Shown here: piece after piece, positions 42,564 to 53,053 of the stretch
Numbering within the stretch: the stretch's first letter is position 1
Layout: every line of letters starts with the position of its first letter
Notes under the pieces: generated by a model
Told to the model about the DNA's origin: nothing
The model's input: the letters and a program-made list of their open reading frames with translations, nothing else
Databases searched by the model: none
Program-made: the position numbers and the translations under genes
IMG/VR virus record: IMGVR_UViG_3300045988_162556
DNA length: 58,533 bases
Reading direction: 5' to 3' (one strand)
Source: a virus

Positions 42564-43670
42564 ATGAACGAAGTATATTATTCTTCCATCTTCCGCGAAC
42601 TCACCAAGGAGGTGCAGGTTCGTATTGACGCGGCGTCGGAGCTGCGCAAACGCTTATTCGACCAAAGCGTGTATGAGCGTTTTCTCGATTGGGATACGCC
42701 GACTGTAGGACTGAACTTCGAGGAAATCATCGGCTCGTACAATCTCAGCGTTGCCGCCGCTACATTGGATTCCAAAGGCAAAGAGCCTATCATGGGAACC
42801 GAGGGGCTGGCGACAATCTCGAAAAAGGTCCTTACGCATCAGATGACATATCCTATGCGCATCGAAGACTACCGCAAGGTTCTCCAACTGCTGGACTCGC
42901 GGATGATCCCGGATCAGGCGAAGAAACAGCAACTCGTAAACCTCATGTGGGGCGGCGTGGAGAAGGTTGTCAACTCTGTAAAATCGAAACTCGACATCAT
43001 CTTCCTCGGCGCGCTTTCCAACAAAGGCGTCTTCGAGTTCACGTCCGAGAACAACCCTGAAGGCGGCGTAAGGGGCAACATCGACTACGGTATGCCCCAA
43101 GAGAACATCGCTACGGCAGATACGCAGTGGACCGAAGCGAACATTGACACTGTCGATGTATTCGAGGACATTCAGGAGATCGTCGATTCCGCGCAGGAAA
43201 AAGTGACCTTCGACCGCATCCTTTTGGATCAGAAGCGGCTTTCGTATATCCTCCGAAGTAAAAAGATGAAGCAGGTGATCTTTGGGTCCGACAAATCTGC
43301 ATCGCCGCTTCTTCTGGCCAACCTGAACGAGTTCATGCGCTCCAACGGACTGCCCGTATTCGATGTTATCCGTCGAATGACGCGCATTCAGGACAACGGC
43401 AAGATCAAGGAGTACAAGCCGTGGAACGACAAGAATATCGTGTTTGTGCCGGCAGGACGTCTCGGTGTCATCAAGAATGCCTATGCCGACAACGAGCTTC
43501 GGCCGGAGCCGGGTGTTACCTACTCCGACTATGGCCGCATCCGGATTTCCCAATGGGGAAAGGGTGAAACCGACAATTCGAACGGCGTGGAATTCACGAA
43601 GGCACAATCCCTGTCGCTTCCGGTTATCACCGAGATCAACGGCATCTATTCGCTGACCGTAGAATTGTAG
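42564..43670 (+). CDS. Major capsid protein
   Basis: 368 aa. Size and position fit an HK97-fold/protein-E-like capsid gene. The 348-aa antisense ORF is a shadow. Confidence 0.7.
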   Translation: MNEVYYSSIFRELTKEVQVRIDAASELRKRLFDQSVYERFLDWDTPTVGLNFEEIIGSYNLSVAAATLDSKGKEPIMGTEGLATISKKVLTHQMTYPMRIEDYRKVLQLLDSRMIPDQAKKQQLVNLMWGGVEKVVNSVKSKLDIIFLGALSNKGVFEFTSENNPEGGVRGNIDYGMPQENIATADTQWTEANIDTVDVFEDIQEIVDSAQEKVTFDRILLDQKRLSYILRSKKMKQVIFGSDKSASPLLLANLNEFMRSNGLPVFDVIRRMTRIQDNGKIKEYKPWNDKNIVFVPAGRLGVIKNAYADNELRPEPGVTYSDYGRIRISQWGKGETDNSNGVEFTKAQSLSLPVITEINGIYSLTVEL

Positions 43671-43676
43671 GTATAT

Positions 43677-44018
43677 ATGACGGTGGCAGAGTGCATACAT
43701 CAGGAGTTCAACATGGTCGGGACAATCTCAGACTATGGTGTCCGCCGCTTTGCGAGAGAGTGGGGCTTAGACCCCGACTCTCTGGCGAGCAGCGAGCAAC
43801 AACAGCAAATCGTCGCTAAACGAGTGACTGAGTTTATTGACAGCCTGATAATGCATCCGTTATCGGTAAGCGAGAGTGGGCACTCGGCTTCTTGGTCTGA
43901 CAGCGCCTTAAAGCAGAAAGCGCAACTCATGCTCCGAAAATACGGCATCACACCGGGAGAAGAGCTGAGCAGCTCCATCGGCTTATCTTCGATAAAGGAT
44001 GCTTCAAACTTGTGGTAA
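43677..44018 (+). CDS. Head-tail connector / head completion candidate
   Basis: 113-aa ORF after the capsid gene. Confidence 0.4.
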   Translation: MTVAECIHQEFNMVGTISDYGVRRFAREWGLDPDSLASSEQQQQIVAKRVTEFIDSLIMHPLSVSESGHSASWSDSALKQKAQLMLRKYGITPGEELSSSIGLSSIKDASNLW

Positions 44019-44346
44019 TATGTACTTTGCGCCCCACATACTCTACTTAAGGATAGACCCGCCGAAACAGTACGACGAGCTGGGGCGTCCGATAATATTA
44101 TCCGAAGATGATACATGGCAGAAGATAGGTGATTGTCGTTGCGACGACAACACGACCGTGCGCCTTGTGTCTGAAAACGGCGAAGTGCGTCAATCGGAAT
44201 ACCATATCGTCTACGAAGGAAAGGGAATCCCCAAAGGGAGTTATGTGAAGTGCATTGATAAGACAACCGGCGAAGTCCGCGGTGAAGGCACGGTAGCAAT
44301 ACCAAAGGAGAACAATTATTTCAACGTTTCAGACCTCTGGATATGA
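43999..44346 (+). CDS. Head-tail joining candidate (alternative start 44020)
   Basis: 115-aa ORF in the connector block. Confidence 0.4.
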   Translation: MLQTCGNMYFAPHILYLRIDPPKQYDELGRPIILSEDDTWQKIGDCRCDDNTTVRLVSENGEVRQSEYHIVYEGKGIPKGSYVKCIDKTTGEVRGEGTVAIPKENNYFNVSDLWI

Positions 44347-44747
44347 TTACAACCGGCGATGCTCGCAACATCTTGTTTTCCGCTTGCCGGAAATTCGGGA
44401 TTAAGGAAATGCACACTTCATGGGCCATTCCGGGCGGGAAAGTCACACGCGAACGTGTTGTAGTCATAACCCCGCCCCAGCAGACTCCGACTACATATTG
44501 GGAGGACTGCTTCGTGGCTGTCAATCTATGCGTCCCCGACATCAAAGGCGAAGCGAATATCAAACGTCTGGACGAGCTTGAACGAGCGGCGAAAGCCAAA
44601 TTCAAGGAATGGACCTACGGCACTTACGACGAATCCGCATATAGGTACAGATATGAAAATATCGGCCGCGAGGAGGATCCGAACTTAGGATGCCACTATG
44701 TCTATATCCGGGTATTATTCAGAGTATTGAACATTAAAAACAACTAA
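44343..44747 (+). CDS. Tail completion / neck candidate
   Basis: 134-aa ORF with an ATGA overlap. Confidence 0.4.
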   Translation: MITTGDARNILFSACRKFGIKEMHTSWAIPGGKVTRERVVVITPPQQTPTTYWEDCFVAVNLCVPDIKGEANIKRLDELERAAKAKFKEWTYGTYDESAYRYRYENIGREEDPNLGCHYVYIRVLFRVLNIKNN

Positions 44748-44751
44748 AACA

Positions 44752-45285
44752 ATGGCAAAAGTAACAGCAGTAGGAATCAAGAAGCTGTATTACGGAGACC
44801 CTGCAAAGATCATGGCGGATGTCACCCTTGCTTCACTCAAAACGCTCTTGAGCGACGAGAGTACCAAGCAGGTCGAGAACATTCACCAAGATACGTGGAG
44901 TATTGAGGAGGAGGAAGCGTCTACCACCGAGTACCGGAATCAGCTCACAAACGGCGTATACCGCCAATCGACCGAGATGGGAAATATCCAGATGAGTTTC
45001 ACCATCGGTCAATACGACTATTCGACGAAGGCCGACCTCATGGGCGGCACCGCAACCGCAACGTCGTGGAAGCGCAACCGCGGCGTGGTAATAATCGAGA
45101 GGTTCATGGTTGCCCTCACTGAAGACAATCAGTACTGCGTATTCCCGAAGGCGTCGGTTATCGCACGCGACGCCCAGACCGACGGCGCAAGTGCTATTGG
45201 CGTTGTGGCCACGGCACTCGAACCCGACAATGCAGCGGTTTCTTCGGAATACTGGTTCGATGCTTCCGAAGAGGAGAGCGTTTAG
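44752..45285 (+). CDS. Major tail protein
   Basis: 177 aa, immediately before the two chaperone-position ORFs and the tape measure gene. No sheath gene is present. Confidence 0.55.
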   Translation: MAKVTAVGIKKLYYGDPAKIMADVTLASLKTLLSDESTKQVENIHQDTWSIEEEEASTTEYRNQLTNGVYRQSTEMGNIQMSFTIGQYDYSTKADLMGGTATATSWKRNRGVVIIERFMVALTEDNQYCVFPKASVIARDAQTDGASAIGVVATALEPDNAAVSSEYWFDASEEESV

Positions 45286-45357
45286 CAACCTGTCAACATT
45301 CAAGTACGGGGGTGGGAGGCATAAGCCCCTCACCCCTATTCTATTATAACAATTACC

Positions 45358-45717
45358 ATGAAATTAGACTTTATCAGCATACGTATCGCTTCAAAAGGAT
45401 ACACGATATACAAAATGTCGCCGATGACCGCCACCCGCATTATGACGGCAATCGACGTAAAAAAAGAGCCGGACGAAAGCAAGGTGTGCATAGCCGCGAT
45501 GGCCTACAGCGTTGCGCTGGCAATCGTGGGCAGCCGGAGCATATTGCACCGCCTCAGGGCATGGCTCCTGTGCCGTCGCTTTATGAAGCGAAGCACCTTC
45601 GCCGAGCTGTTCGACTGCTATCAGAAAACCTTGCTGATGATTCCGCTGGAGGACATTGCATCGGTGGCCGCCGTGATGGAAGGATTAGCGACAACCATAT
45701 CCAAAGATCATGATTAA
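45358..45717 (+). CDS. Tail assembly chaperone candidate
   Basis: 119 aa in the classic position upstream of the tape measure gene. Confidence 0.5.
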   Translation: MKLDFISIRIASKGYTIYKMSPMTATRIMTAIDVKKEPDESKVCIAAMAYSVALAIVGSRSILHRLRAWLLCRRFMKRSTFAELFDCYQKTLLMIPLEDIASVAAVMEGLATTISKDHD

Positions 45718-46297
45718 ATCGGCGGACATTGTCGCCCGGTCTCTGCTGAACAAGCATCATGTCGCGGTAAAGCTCGGAATGTTCACATTCCGGATGTACC
45801 AGCCTTTTGTCAAAGACTTGGCAAGGGCCTTTGCTGCCGGGCGGATAGATGTATCGATACAAGGCCGGCAAAGATTCTCTCTGGGCACAATATCGCGACT
45901 TATGTTCCGGCGCAAGTGGGCGCAGAAGGTATTTCTATGGTACGCCAAGAGATATGCCTCCTATGAGGAAATATCCCACGCCACCTGCGCTATAGCAGAA
46001 ATAGTGTCGGGGAAAGACTTGTTCGATTCAGTCAAGATTGACAAGACGCGGCGCAATACCATTGCGGAGACCGTCGGCAACAACACTATAACCGGGATCA
46101 TGGCGACGATGATGGACCAGCTGAACATATCCTACAAAGAGGCGTTTCAGGGCATAAACTACCCTACCATGCTTTTGATGATGACGGACAAGGTTCGCAC
46201 GCTCGTCGGCGACGAGAAAAAGATAGTCAAAGGATCGGGGGCCGAAATGGCCAAAAGAAGAGGCAATAAAAGACGAGGTAATAAAATACATCAATGA
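45710..46297 (+). CDS. Second tail-assembly protein candidate
   Basis: 195 aa with its own ATG and a basic tail (KRRGNKRRGNK). It overlaps both neighbours. Confidence 0.45.
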   Translation: MIKSADIVARSLLNKHHVAVKLGMFTFRMYQPFVKDLARAFAAGRIDVSIQGRQRFSLGTISRLMFRRKWAQKVFLWYAKRYASYEEISHATCAIAEIVSGKDLFDSVKIDKTRRNTIAETVGNNTITGIMATMMDQLNISYKEAFQGINYPTMLLMMTDKVRTLVGDEKKIVKGSGAEMAKRRGNKRRGNKIHQ

Positions 46298-49200
46298 GTG
46301 CTTTATCATTCAAAATAAATGCGGAAACCGACAAACTCAAGAGCTTCATCAGCATGCTTGAGCAGTTGCGGCGCGTGCTGGCGGACATCCCTGACAGCAC
46401 CAAGGATTTCGACGTCATAAACCGCAAGATCGGAGAAATGGAGGCCCGTGTGGAGCAATCCATGCGCAAGATCGCCCAAATGGAGCGTCAGGCGATGGAT
46501 GCGGCAGCCAAAACAGCGGCTTCGGCCACTATAGGGAACACGGGTGGCGACTCTACAGCCGGAGCACAAGCGGCCAAGGCCGAAACGGCGGCGTATCATG
46601 AGCTAATCGAAGAATTAAAAGCCGTCAATGCTTCAAAAAAGGAGAATGTCATCCTTATATCTCAATACGAAGCTCAAATAAAGCGTCTTAAATCGGAGAT
46701 AGATAGCCTGAATAAAGCGGAGAGTCAAGGCATGAAATTGACGCAGAATCAGAAGTCAAGCCGCCTTGAAGCTACGCTATCCATCGAGGAATACAAACAG
46801 GCCATATCTCGCGCCAGAAAAGAGTTAGTCAATCAAATCAAGTTCGAACAAGTCGCACGTGGATCCATTGACGAAATGTCGCAAGCATTATCACGAATGC
46901 GCACCGTATATCGCTCGTTGAATGAAAGCGAACGAACAAGCGGCTGGGGGCAAAACCTGCTCAAAAACATCGAATCCATTGATACGAAAGTTAAAGAACT
47001 AGATGCTACAATGGGGGTACACACCCGCAAGGTAGGCGACTATGCGTCGGGATTCAATAACCTCGGATTCCAGATTCAGCAGGTTGCCCGCGAATTGCCG
47101 TCGTTGGCGTATGGTCCTCAAATATTCTTTTCGGCCATATCCAACAACCTGCCGATGCTGGCAGATGAAATAGCCCGTGCGAAGAAATCTGTTGATGAAT
47201 TGAAGAAAGCCGGGCAAACATTCACGCCCGTATGGAAGCAGATCGCATCGTCCATCTTCTCGTGGCAGACCCTGCTTGTCGCCGGAGTTACCGTACTTAC
47301 CCTTTACGGAAAGGAAATAACAAGCTGGGTGGCATCGCTGTTTAAAGGCAAGACAGCAATAGATACCGCCGCTGCCGCTCTTGAGCAATTCAATTCCGCG
47401 ATGGCTCAAGGCTCTGTGTCGGCGCAATCCGAATTAACCAAGCTGAACCTGCTGTATAATGCCGCGACTGACCTGTCCAAGCCCTATGAAGAACGGGCCG
47501 AGGCCGTCAAGAAGCTGCAAGACATCTACCCTGCCTATTTCGGCAATATGGCCGCAGAACAGGTTATGGTAGGAAATGCCGTCGGCGCCTATGAAGACCT
47601 GCGGGATGCAATTATCGAGGTCGCACAGGCCAAGGCCGCCCAAGAGCTTATTACAGAGAGTTCGAAGAGTTTACAACTTATTGAAGCAACAGGCGATGCC
47701 TACACAAACTATTCTCTTGCTCTAAAAGAATATAGAATAGCATATGCAGCAGCGAAAGAAGCCAGCAAAGGGAAAGGGCCAATAACATTTTCTCTCACCC
47801 CTGAATCTGCAAGTTTTGAAAGAGCGAAAGCAAACTTAACGAAGTTTAGGAGTGATTTTATTAACGAACTATCAAATCTTAGTAAAGATGGTGATGACCT
47901 TTGGAAGCGCATAAACGAGGGCTATGAAGGAGATGTAGATGCCTTCATTGCGGCGATAAATGCCGGCATCGAAAAATTAACTCCGGCGGCAGAAAAGCTG
48001 TACACTACCCTAACCCCGGAAGAACTCAACGCAGAGGCCAAAAAAGCCCGTGATGAAGCCATAAACGCGGCAAAGAAGGCCGCATCCGACCAAGAGCGCA
48101 ACCTAAAGGAACTCAATCAAAAACTGCAAAAGCTCCGGGATGATGCGTTACAGGCCGAGGTTGATTCCATGAAAGACGGCACGGCCAAGAAACTTGCGCA
48201 AATAGACCGCGACTACCAAAGGCGCGCGCGAGCCATAGAGACGGCGGAAGCCGAAATCCGCCGACTTCAAGACGGAGAGCTGACTAAAAACCAGCAAGCG
48301 CAAATCGAAGCTCTGAACAAAGCGAACGAGACTCAACACGGCAAAGAACGAGGTAGAGTACTACTTTCTGGACAAACATCTCCAGAAGACATTTCTTCGC
48401 AATTTGACGAAGAAATAAAGTCTTGGGATGGATACTTGCAAAAATACGGCACCTTCCGCGAAAAGCTACAAGCCACAAAAGACATTTACGACCGAAGGAT
48501 TGAAGAGGCAGGGACCGTCGGGGAAAGAAAGAGTCTCGAAGCCGAACGAGATGTAGCTGTAGCGGAAATCGAAGTGCAAGCCGAGCAATGGATACGAGAA
48601 CTTACAGATAAGACAAAGAAAGAGTTGGCCGATCTAAAGGCCCAATTAGAAGCCTCATTGCAGTCTCTTGAGTCGGAATACAATGCCTTGGATTCATCCG
48701 ATACAGAGCAGGCCCAGAAACTACGCGCTGAAATCAACAAAACCAAGGCACAAATTAATGCGGTAAATAAAGCTGCATCAAATACGCAAACATCTCCCAA
48801 AGAAAATGCAATCAAGAAATGGCAACGGCTGGAAAAGACTCTCGGAGACATTGCAGATGGGTTTAAGGATATTGGCGACGCCGTAGGAGGCACTACGGGC
48901 GAAATAATCAGTGCTGCAGGTGAGATCGCGGCAACAGCCACGAGCATGATCAGCAGTATAGTAACCCTTACTGAATCATCGGCCAGTGCCATAACGACAA
49001 CCTCTACAACGGCTGCAAACGCAATAAAGGCAGTGGAGAGGGCTTCCGTTATTCTCGCTATCATTCAGGCTGTACTGAGTGTCGCTACTAAAATTGCAAG
49101 TCTATTCAACAATGACGAAGAGAAGCAGGCTGAAATAGACAGACTGCAAGGGCGTATTGAGCAGTTGCAATGGGAATTGGATAATGCCAACGCCATTCGA

Positions 49201-50292
49201 TTGCAACGAAATTCTTTCGATGCAGTTAAAAATGTAAAGGACGCCTACAATAACGCGGCGAAATCAATAATGAGCGCGTACAAAGACGTAGGCAACTTTG
49301 TAGAGAAATTCTTCATCAGGCGATCCAAAGAGGCTGAAATAGAAAAAAAGGCGATCCAAAGTATAGCCGATGCTTATTCGAACCTCAAATATACAGATAG
49401 CAATCTTCTGGGTAAAAATAAATTTGGCGACACCCGCGAGCGACTTAACAATCTTGCAGAACAACAATTGTTGCTCCAAAAGCAGATTAATGCGGAAAAC
49501 GACAAGAAGAAAACGGACAAATCAAAAATTAGAGAATGGGAGCGCCAGATTCAAGAGCTTGGAGCCGAAGCCGCTGAAGTGATTAACGAGGTCGTCGAAA
49601 CCATTATTGGGGGCACGGCGGAAGAAATCGCAAAGGAACTTGGAGATGCGTTTATAGACGCATTTATGGAAGGCGAGAATGCGGCCGAAGCGTGGGGCGA
49701 AAAGGTGGACGAGATTGTCGCAAACATCGTTAGACAAATGCTTATAAGCAGGTTTCTTGAGGAAGAAATCGGTAAAGTATTCGATAAATATAAGGCTAAA
49801 TGGTTTAAGGATGGCGTTTTTCTGGGGATGGAAAATGTTACCGACTCCATGAGCGGCTTTGCGGATGATCTTAACAAGGTTGGAGAGACATTCCAAGCTG
49901 TCTGGGACAGTCTTCCTGCCGAAACAAAAGAGTTGCTTGGAAATGCCGGAGCTGCTCAGCAGGAAGCCACGGAGAGAGGCTTTAAAGCCATGTCTCAAGA
50001 TACCGGCGACGAGTTAAACGGCCGATTCACGGACATTCAAGGCAAGGTTACCGACATCCGAGGATATGTGATGATGCAAACTCAATCTATTATCGGGCTG
50101 CTGAACTCCATCGGAAATATCGAAACGGCCATATACACAAGCGTGCAAGTGGATAATGAGCTGCTCCGGTACGCTGTTATGACCTACATGGAGATCGTCG
50201 AAATAAACGGGAATACAGCTGTTATGAAGGCTGCTCTGACGGAAATTCGGGAAGACATAGCGGCGATCAAGCGCAATACAAGTGAACTGTAA
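46294..50292 (+). CDS. Tape measure protein
   Basis: 1,332 aa. Long coiled-coil regions and a central hydrophobic segment (WQTLLVAGVTVLTLYG), in the canonical position. Confidence 0.85.
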   Translation: MSALSFKINAETDKLKSFISMLEQLRRVLADIPDSTKDFDVINRKIGEMEARVEQSMRKIAQMERQAMDAAAKTAASATIGNTGGDSTAGAQAAKAETAAYHELIEELKAVNASKKENVILISQYEAQIKRLKSEIDSLNKAESQGMKLTQNQKSSRLEATLSIEEYKQAISRARKELVNQIKFEQVARGSIDEMSQALSRMRTVYRSLNESERTSGWGQNLLKNIESIDTKVKELDATMGVHTRKVGDYASGFNNLGFQIQQVARELPSLAYGPQIFFSAISNNLPMLADEIARAKKSVDELKKAGQTFTPVWKQIASSIFSWQTLLVAGVTVLTLYGKEITSWVASLFKGKTAIDTAAAALEQFNSAMAQGSVSAQSELTKLNLLYNAATDLSKPYEERAEAVKKLQDIYPAYFGNMAAEQVMVGNAVGAYEDLRDAIIEVAQAKAAQELITESSKSLQLIEATGDAYTNYSLALKEYRIAYAAAKEASKGKGPITFSLTPESASFERAKANLTKFRSDFINELSNLSKDGDDLWKRINEGYEGDVDAFIAAINAGIEKLTPAAEKLYTTLTPEELNAEAKKARDEAINAAKKAASDQERNLKELNQKLQKLRDDALQAEVDSMKDGTAKKLAQIDRDYQRRARAIETAEAEIRRLQDGELTKNQQAQIEALNKANETQHGKERGRVLLSGQTSPEDISSQFDEEIKSWDGYLQKYGTFREKLQATKDIYDRRIEEAGTVGERKSLEAERDVAVAEIEVQAEQWIRELTDKTKKELADLKAQLEASLQSLESEYNALDSSDTEQAQKLRAEINKTKAQINAVNKAASNTQTSPKENAIKKWQRLEKTLGDIADGFKDIGDAVGGTTGEIISAAGEIAATATSMISSIVTLTESSASAITTTSTTAANAIKAVERASVILAIIQAVLSVATKIASLFNNDEEKQAEIDRLQGRIEQLQWELDNANAIRLQRNSFDAVKNVKDAYNNAAKSIMSAYKDVGNFVEKFFIRRSKEAEIEKKAIQSIADAYSNLKYTDSNLLGKNKFGDTRERLNNLAEQQLLLQKQINAENDKKKTDKSKIREWERQIQELGAEAAEVINEVVETIIGGTAEEIAKELGDAFIDAFMEGENAAEAWGEKVDEIVANIVRQMLISRFLEEEIGKVFDKYKAKWFKDGVFLGMENVTDSMSGFADDLNKVGETFQAVWDSLPAETKELLGNAGAAQQEATERGFKAMSQDTGDELNGRFTDIQGKVTDIRGYVMMQTQSIIGLLNSIGNIETAIYTSVQVDNELLRYAVMTYMEIVEINGNTAVMKAALTEIREDIAAIKRNTSEL

Positions 50293-50702
50293 TGAAAATT
50301 GAAAAGGACATATCGGACCTGACCAAATTTATCGACGGCATCGAAGAGGAGGTTGTAGATTTCATGGATGAGAAGGCTCGTGAAGCATTAATAAGACAAA
50401 AAGAAGCGCGACTATTATCTGGCAAACGCGACTACCTAAACCACACATGGAACTTACGCAGCGCTCTTGGTTACGTAATTACTTATGAAGGAAAAGAAAA
50501 ACGGCGATTTATAGGAGACCAAAATCATCCAGATCCAACGGCTGCTGCTGAAACCAATAAAGTACTCAACGAAGAAAATAAAGCCGGGACAAGCATTATT
50601 TTCGCAGACGGCATGTATTACGCCGGCTTTGTCAGTTCTAAAGGTTATGATGTCATTGATACAGCAGAATTATTTTTAGACCAAGAATTAAATAAGCAAT
50701 GA
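50292..50702 (+). CDS. Tail-tip module protein
   Basis: 136-aa ORF with a TAATG overlap to the tape measure gene. Confidence 0.4.
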   Translation: MKIEKDISDLTKFIDGIEEEVVDFMDEKAREALIRQKEARLLSGKRDYLNHTWNLRSALGYVITYEGKEKRRFIGDQNHPDPTAAAETNKVLNEENKAGTSIIFADGMYYAGFVSSKGYDVIDTAELFLDQELNKQ

Positions 50703-51136
50703 TCGGAGATTTACTCATCAACAGGACAGACGCCTACACAATGGGCGTTGCAATGGGTTCCGGGTTTATTGCCGGGTTAAAATCCCCTGCCGGCCTGAAA
50801 GACTTCGTAGAAAACGAAGACCCCAAGAAAGACGGCAAGGAGGTCATATATCCCGACAAACCCAAATTGGCGGCACGGGATTTAACATTGACTTTTATAA
50901 TTACGGGAGAAACCCCGGAGGAGCACCTTTTAAACTACGATACTTTTATCCGGATGCTACACTTAGGTAAGGTAGATATATCGGTACCGGGAATAAGTGA
51001 TGAAATATACCACCTGACATACGCAGGTAATTCAGGCAGCTACAACATCTCCGGCGACCGCCTGACGTCACAATTAACAGTAAAGTTCAACGAGCCAAAC
51101 CCCGCAGACAGGGGCGAGGATAAAGAAGAAGCATAA
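50699..51136 (+). CDS. Distal tail protein candidate
   Basis: 145 aa in the position after the tape measure gene. Confidence 0.4.
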   Translation: MIGDLLINRTDAYTMGVAMGSGFIAGLKSPAGLKDFVENEDPKKDGKEVIYPDKPKLAARDLTLTFIITGETPEEHLLNYDTFIRMLHLGKVDISVPGISDEIYHLTYAGNSGSYNISGDRLTSQLTVKFNEPNPADRGEDKEEA

Positions 51137-51567
51137 TGACACACTCGAATAAAAATCTGGAAGAGATCAGGATTTCCGCTCTCCGTGGCGGAGCATGCAG
51201 GAAGGTAATGCGCATTCACGACTTCCCCGAACTCATAAAACTCATGTTCACGCCGCAGGGAATCGAATTCTGTCAAGACCACAACTTCCCCTCGGTCGAA
51301 GTGTTCAGAAAGAACCGAGACAGTTTAGAAGGGCTGGAAGTATATGTAGATGCGGGCAATATCGCGCTCAAAGGTAGAGAGTACGTATGTATCGTCGGAG
51401 ATACAGATGCTACTATAGAAGCGGCAGGGACTAAATTCATCCATACGATAATCCTGATGCACGGCGCAAGGGCCACGATCAACGCCAAAGATTACGCCGT
51501 GCTGAATGTTGCAAATATCAGCGGAGAGTATTCGATAAAGAAAGACAGAACTGTGATTGTACTGTAA
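51136..51567 (+). CDS. Tail-tip module protein
   Basis: 143-aa ORF. Confidence 0.4.
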   Translation: MTHSNKNLEEIRISALRGGACRKVMRIHDFPELIKLMFTPQGIEFCQDHNFPSVEVFRKNRDSLEGLEVYVDAGNIALKGREYVCIVGDTDATIEAAGTKFIHTIILMHGARATINAKDYAVLNVANISGEYSIKKDRTVIVL

Positions 51568-51572
51568 AACAA

Positions 51573-51592
51573 AGCCGGGAATAATCCCGGCT
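51573..51592. terminator. Hairpin between convergent genes (bidirectional terminator candidate)
   Basis: AGCCGGGA-ATAA-TCCCGGCT. Confidence 0.55.
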
Positions 51593-51617
51593 TGTCAATT
51601 ATTTCGTGCCCCTATTT

Positions 51618-52184
51618 TTACTGCTGCTGATAACTGGTATGATATCCGGCAGGTCGTCTTGGCCCGATGGCTTTATTCCCCACTTGAAGTTCCGCCAAAG
51701 TTTCACTAACCAATTCAAGTTGCATCCGAGTATCTTCGTTAATGTCATTCTGATCTTTGAATACTTCTTCTACGTACTCTTTGAGTTTCAATACTTCTCC
51801 TTGAAGTTCTGCCACCCGATCCACGGGAGTATTTGTAAGCATCTGCCGCATTGCTACGAAAGCCCGCATAATGGCGATATTTGCATTTATGGCGATATCA
51901 CTATTCAACAAGCCGGATAGCATGGCTACGCCCTGTTCGGTAAACGCATAAGGCATTTTGCGAATACCGCCCCAACTTGATGTCACAATTTGTGATTTCA
52001 AGTTTGCAAACTCTTGATTCGTAAGCTGAAACATGAAATCAGGCGGAAATCGTTTGCTATTGCGTTTTACTGCCTGATTTAATGCGCTTGTCGTTACTTG
52101 GTAGAGTTCTGCCAAATCACGGTCCAGCATCACCCGCTGACCCCGTATCTCGTAAATCTTGCTCTGAATAGGTTGTAGTTCCAT
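51618..52184 (-). CDS. ORF6N-domain protein
   Basis: [46 protein letters not shown]...[23 protein letters not shown]. Confidence 0.75.
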   Translation of the reverse strand: MELQPIQSKIYEIRGQRVMLDRDLAELYQVTTSALNQAVKRNSKRFPPDFMFQLTNQEFANLKSQIVTSSWGGIRKMPYAFTEQGVAMLSGLLNSDIAINANIAIMRAFVAMRQMLTNTPVDRVAELQGEVLKLKEYVEEVFKDQNDINEDTRMQLELVSETLAELQVGNKAIGPRRPAGYHTSYQQQ

Positions 52185-52283
52185 GTCTTATATCTCTGGT
52201 CCAAATATTCAACCACCGTCCGTGAGGCATCGTTGCAGTGCAAAGATAGTAATTTTTGCTTTGTGTGTAGGAAGGAATGGAAC

Positions 52284-52310
52284 AAATAAAAACCGAGGCA
52301 TATGCCTCGG
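52284..52310 (-). terminator. Rho-independent terminator (minus strand)
   Basis: CCGAGGCA-TA-TGCCTCGG followed on the minus strand by TTTTTATTT. Confidence 0.7.
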
Positions 52311-52317
52311 TTTGCGA

Positions 52318-52908
52318 CTAAAATTTAAATCCGATTTTTATAGAAATAGCTCCTGCTAAATCTTTGTAATAATCTTGGGATTGATCGGTCTCTGTAATTA
52401 TAAAATCCACATATTCGCTATGTTGCATAGCATATCCAACAGTAAAATATATGGCTTGTTTGTTTTTCAGGTTGAAATCTATACCTATGGCTGGCTCCAA
52501 GTACAATCCTTTTACAGCTTTCGTATTTCCACCTACATTAAAAGAATAACCTACGTTGCCTTGTATGAATGGTGCAACGAATTTGTCAGAAAAATTATAC
52601 TTGATACGAGCGTAAACGGGGATCAAATATTCCTGACTCCGACTTTCGTACGTATCAGACACATATTGGACGCTTGTATGCGTATAGGATTGATAATAAA
52701 GGGCGTCTGTATACCTAAATCCCACGCCTGCGCCAATAAAAAAACGGGGGCTAAAAGCATATCCGCCAATAAACGATACATCTGCCGACTTGTTGTTATA
52801 TGTCCCCAAACCAAGCATTCCGCCTATCTCAATGGATTTTGAAAAGCCTTGAGCGTGTGCAACGCCTGAAGCAACAACAGCAACGATGAAGAGTAAGAAT
52901 TTTTTCAT
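52318..52908 (-). CDS. Outer-membrane beta-barrel protein (moron)
   Basis: Signal peptide MKKFLLFIVAVVASGVAHAQ, alternating aromatic/Gly beta-strand pattern, and a C-terminal ...IKIGFKF. Start set at the internal Met (52908). Confidence 0.75.
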   Translation of the reverse strand: MKKFLLFIVAVVASGVAHAQGFSKSIEIGGMLGLGTYNNKSADVSFIGGYAFSPRFFIGAGVGFRYTDALYYQSYTHTSVQYVSDTYESRSQEYLIPVYARIKYNFSDKFVAPFIQGNVGYSFNVGGNTKAVKGLYLEPAIGIDFNLKNKQAIYFTVGYAMQHSEYVDFIITETDQSQDYYKDLAGAISIKIGFKF

Positions 52909-53053
52909 ATTCCTAATTGTATTGGTTAGTGCCGCAAAATTATAAAATTCCCCCCCCCACCAAATTTTATTCAATAAAAAATGAATTATAGCAAGAAAAA
53001 AGACGAGGAACGGTAAAAATCCATCCCTCGTCTTTGTATTTACGACTTTGCAT

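Noticed and set aside
42654-43700. 348-aa antisense ORF opposite the major capsid gene. Similar long antisense ORFs occur at 41761..42510, 22011..22736, 6566..7219, 983..1684 and 48486..49064.
   Set aside because: These are shadow ORFs in moderately GC-rich coding DNA. Their translations are Arg/Leu/Val-rich low-information sequence, they break the operon logic, and the sense-strand genes have recognisable functions.
45358-46297. Programmed -1 frameshift between the two tail-chaperone-position ORFs (the G/GT paradigm).
   Set aside because: The second ORF is in the +1 frame, not the -1 frame, relative to the first. It has its own ATG (ATGA-type overlap), and I see no slippery heptamer near 45700.
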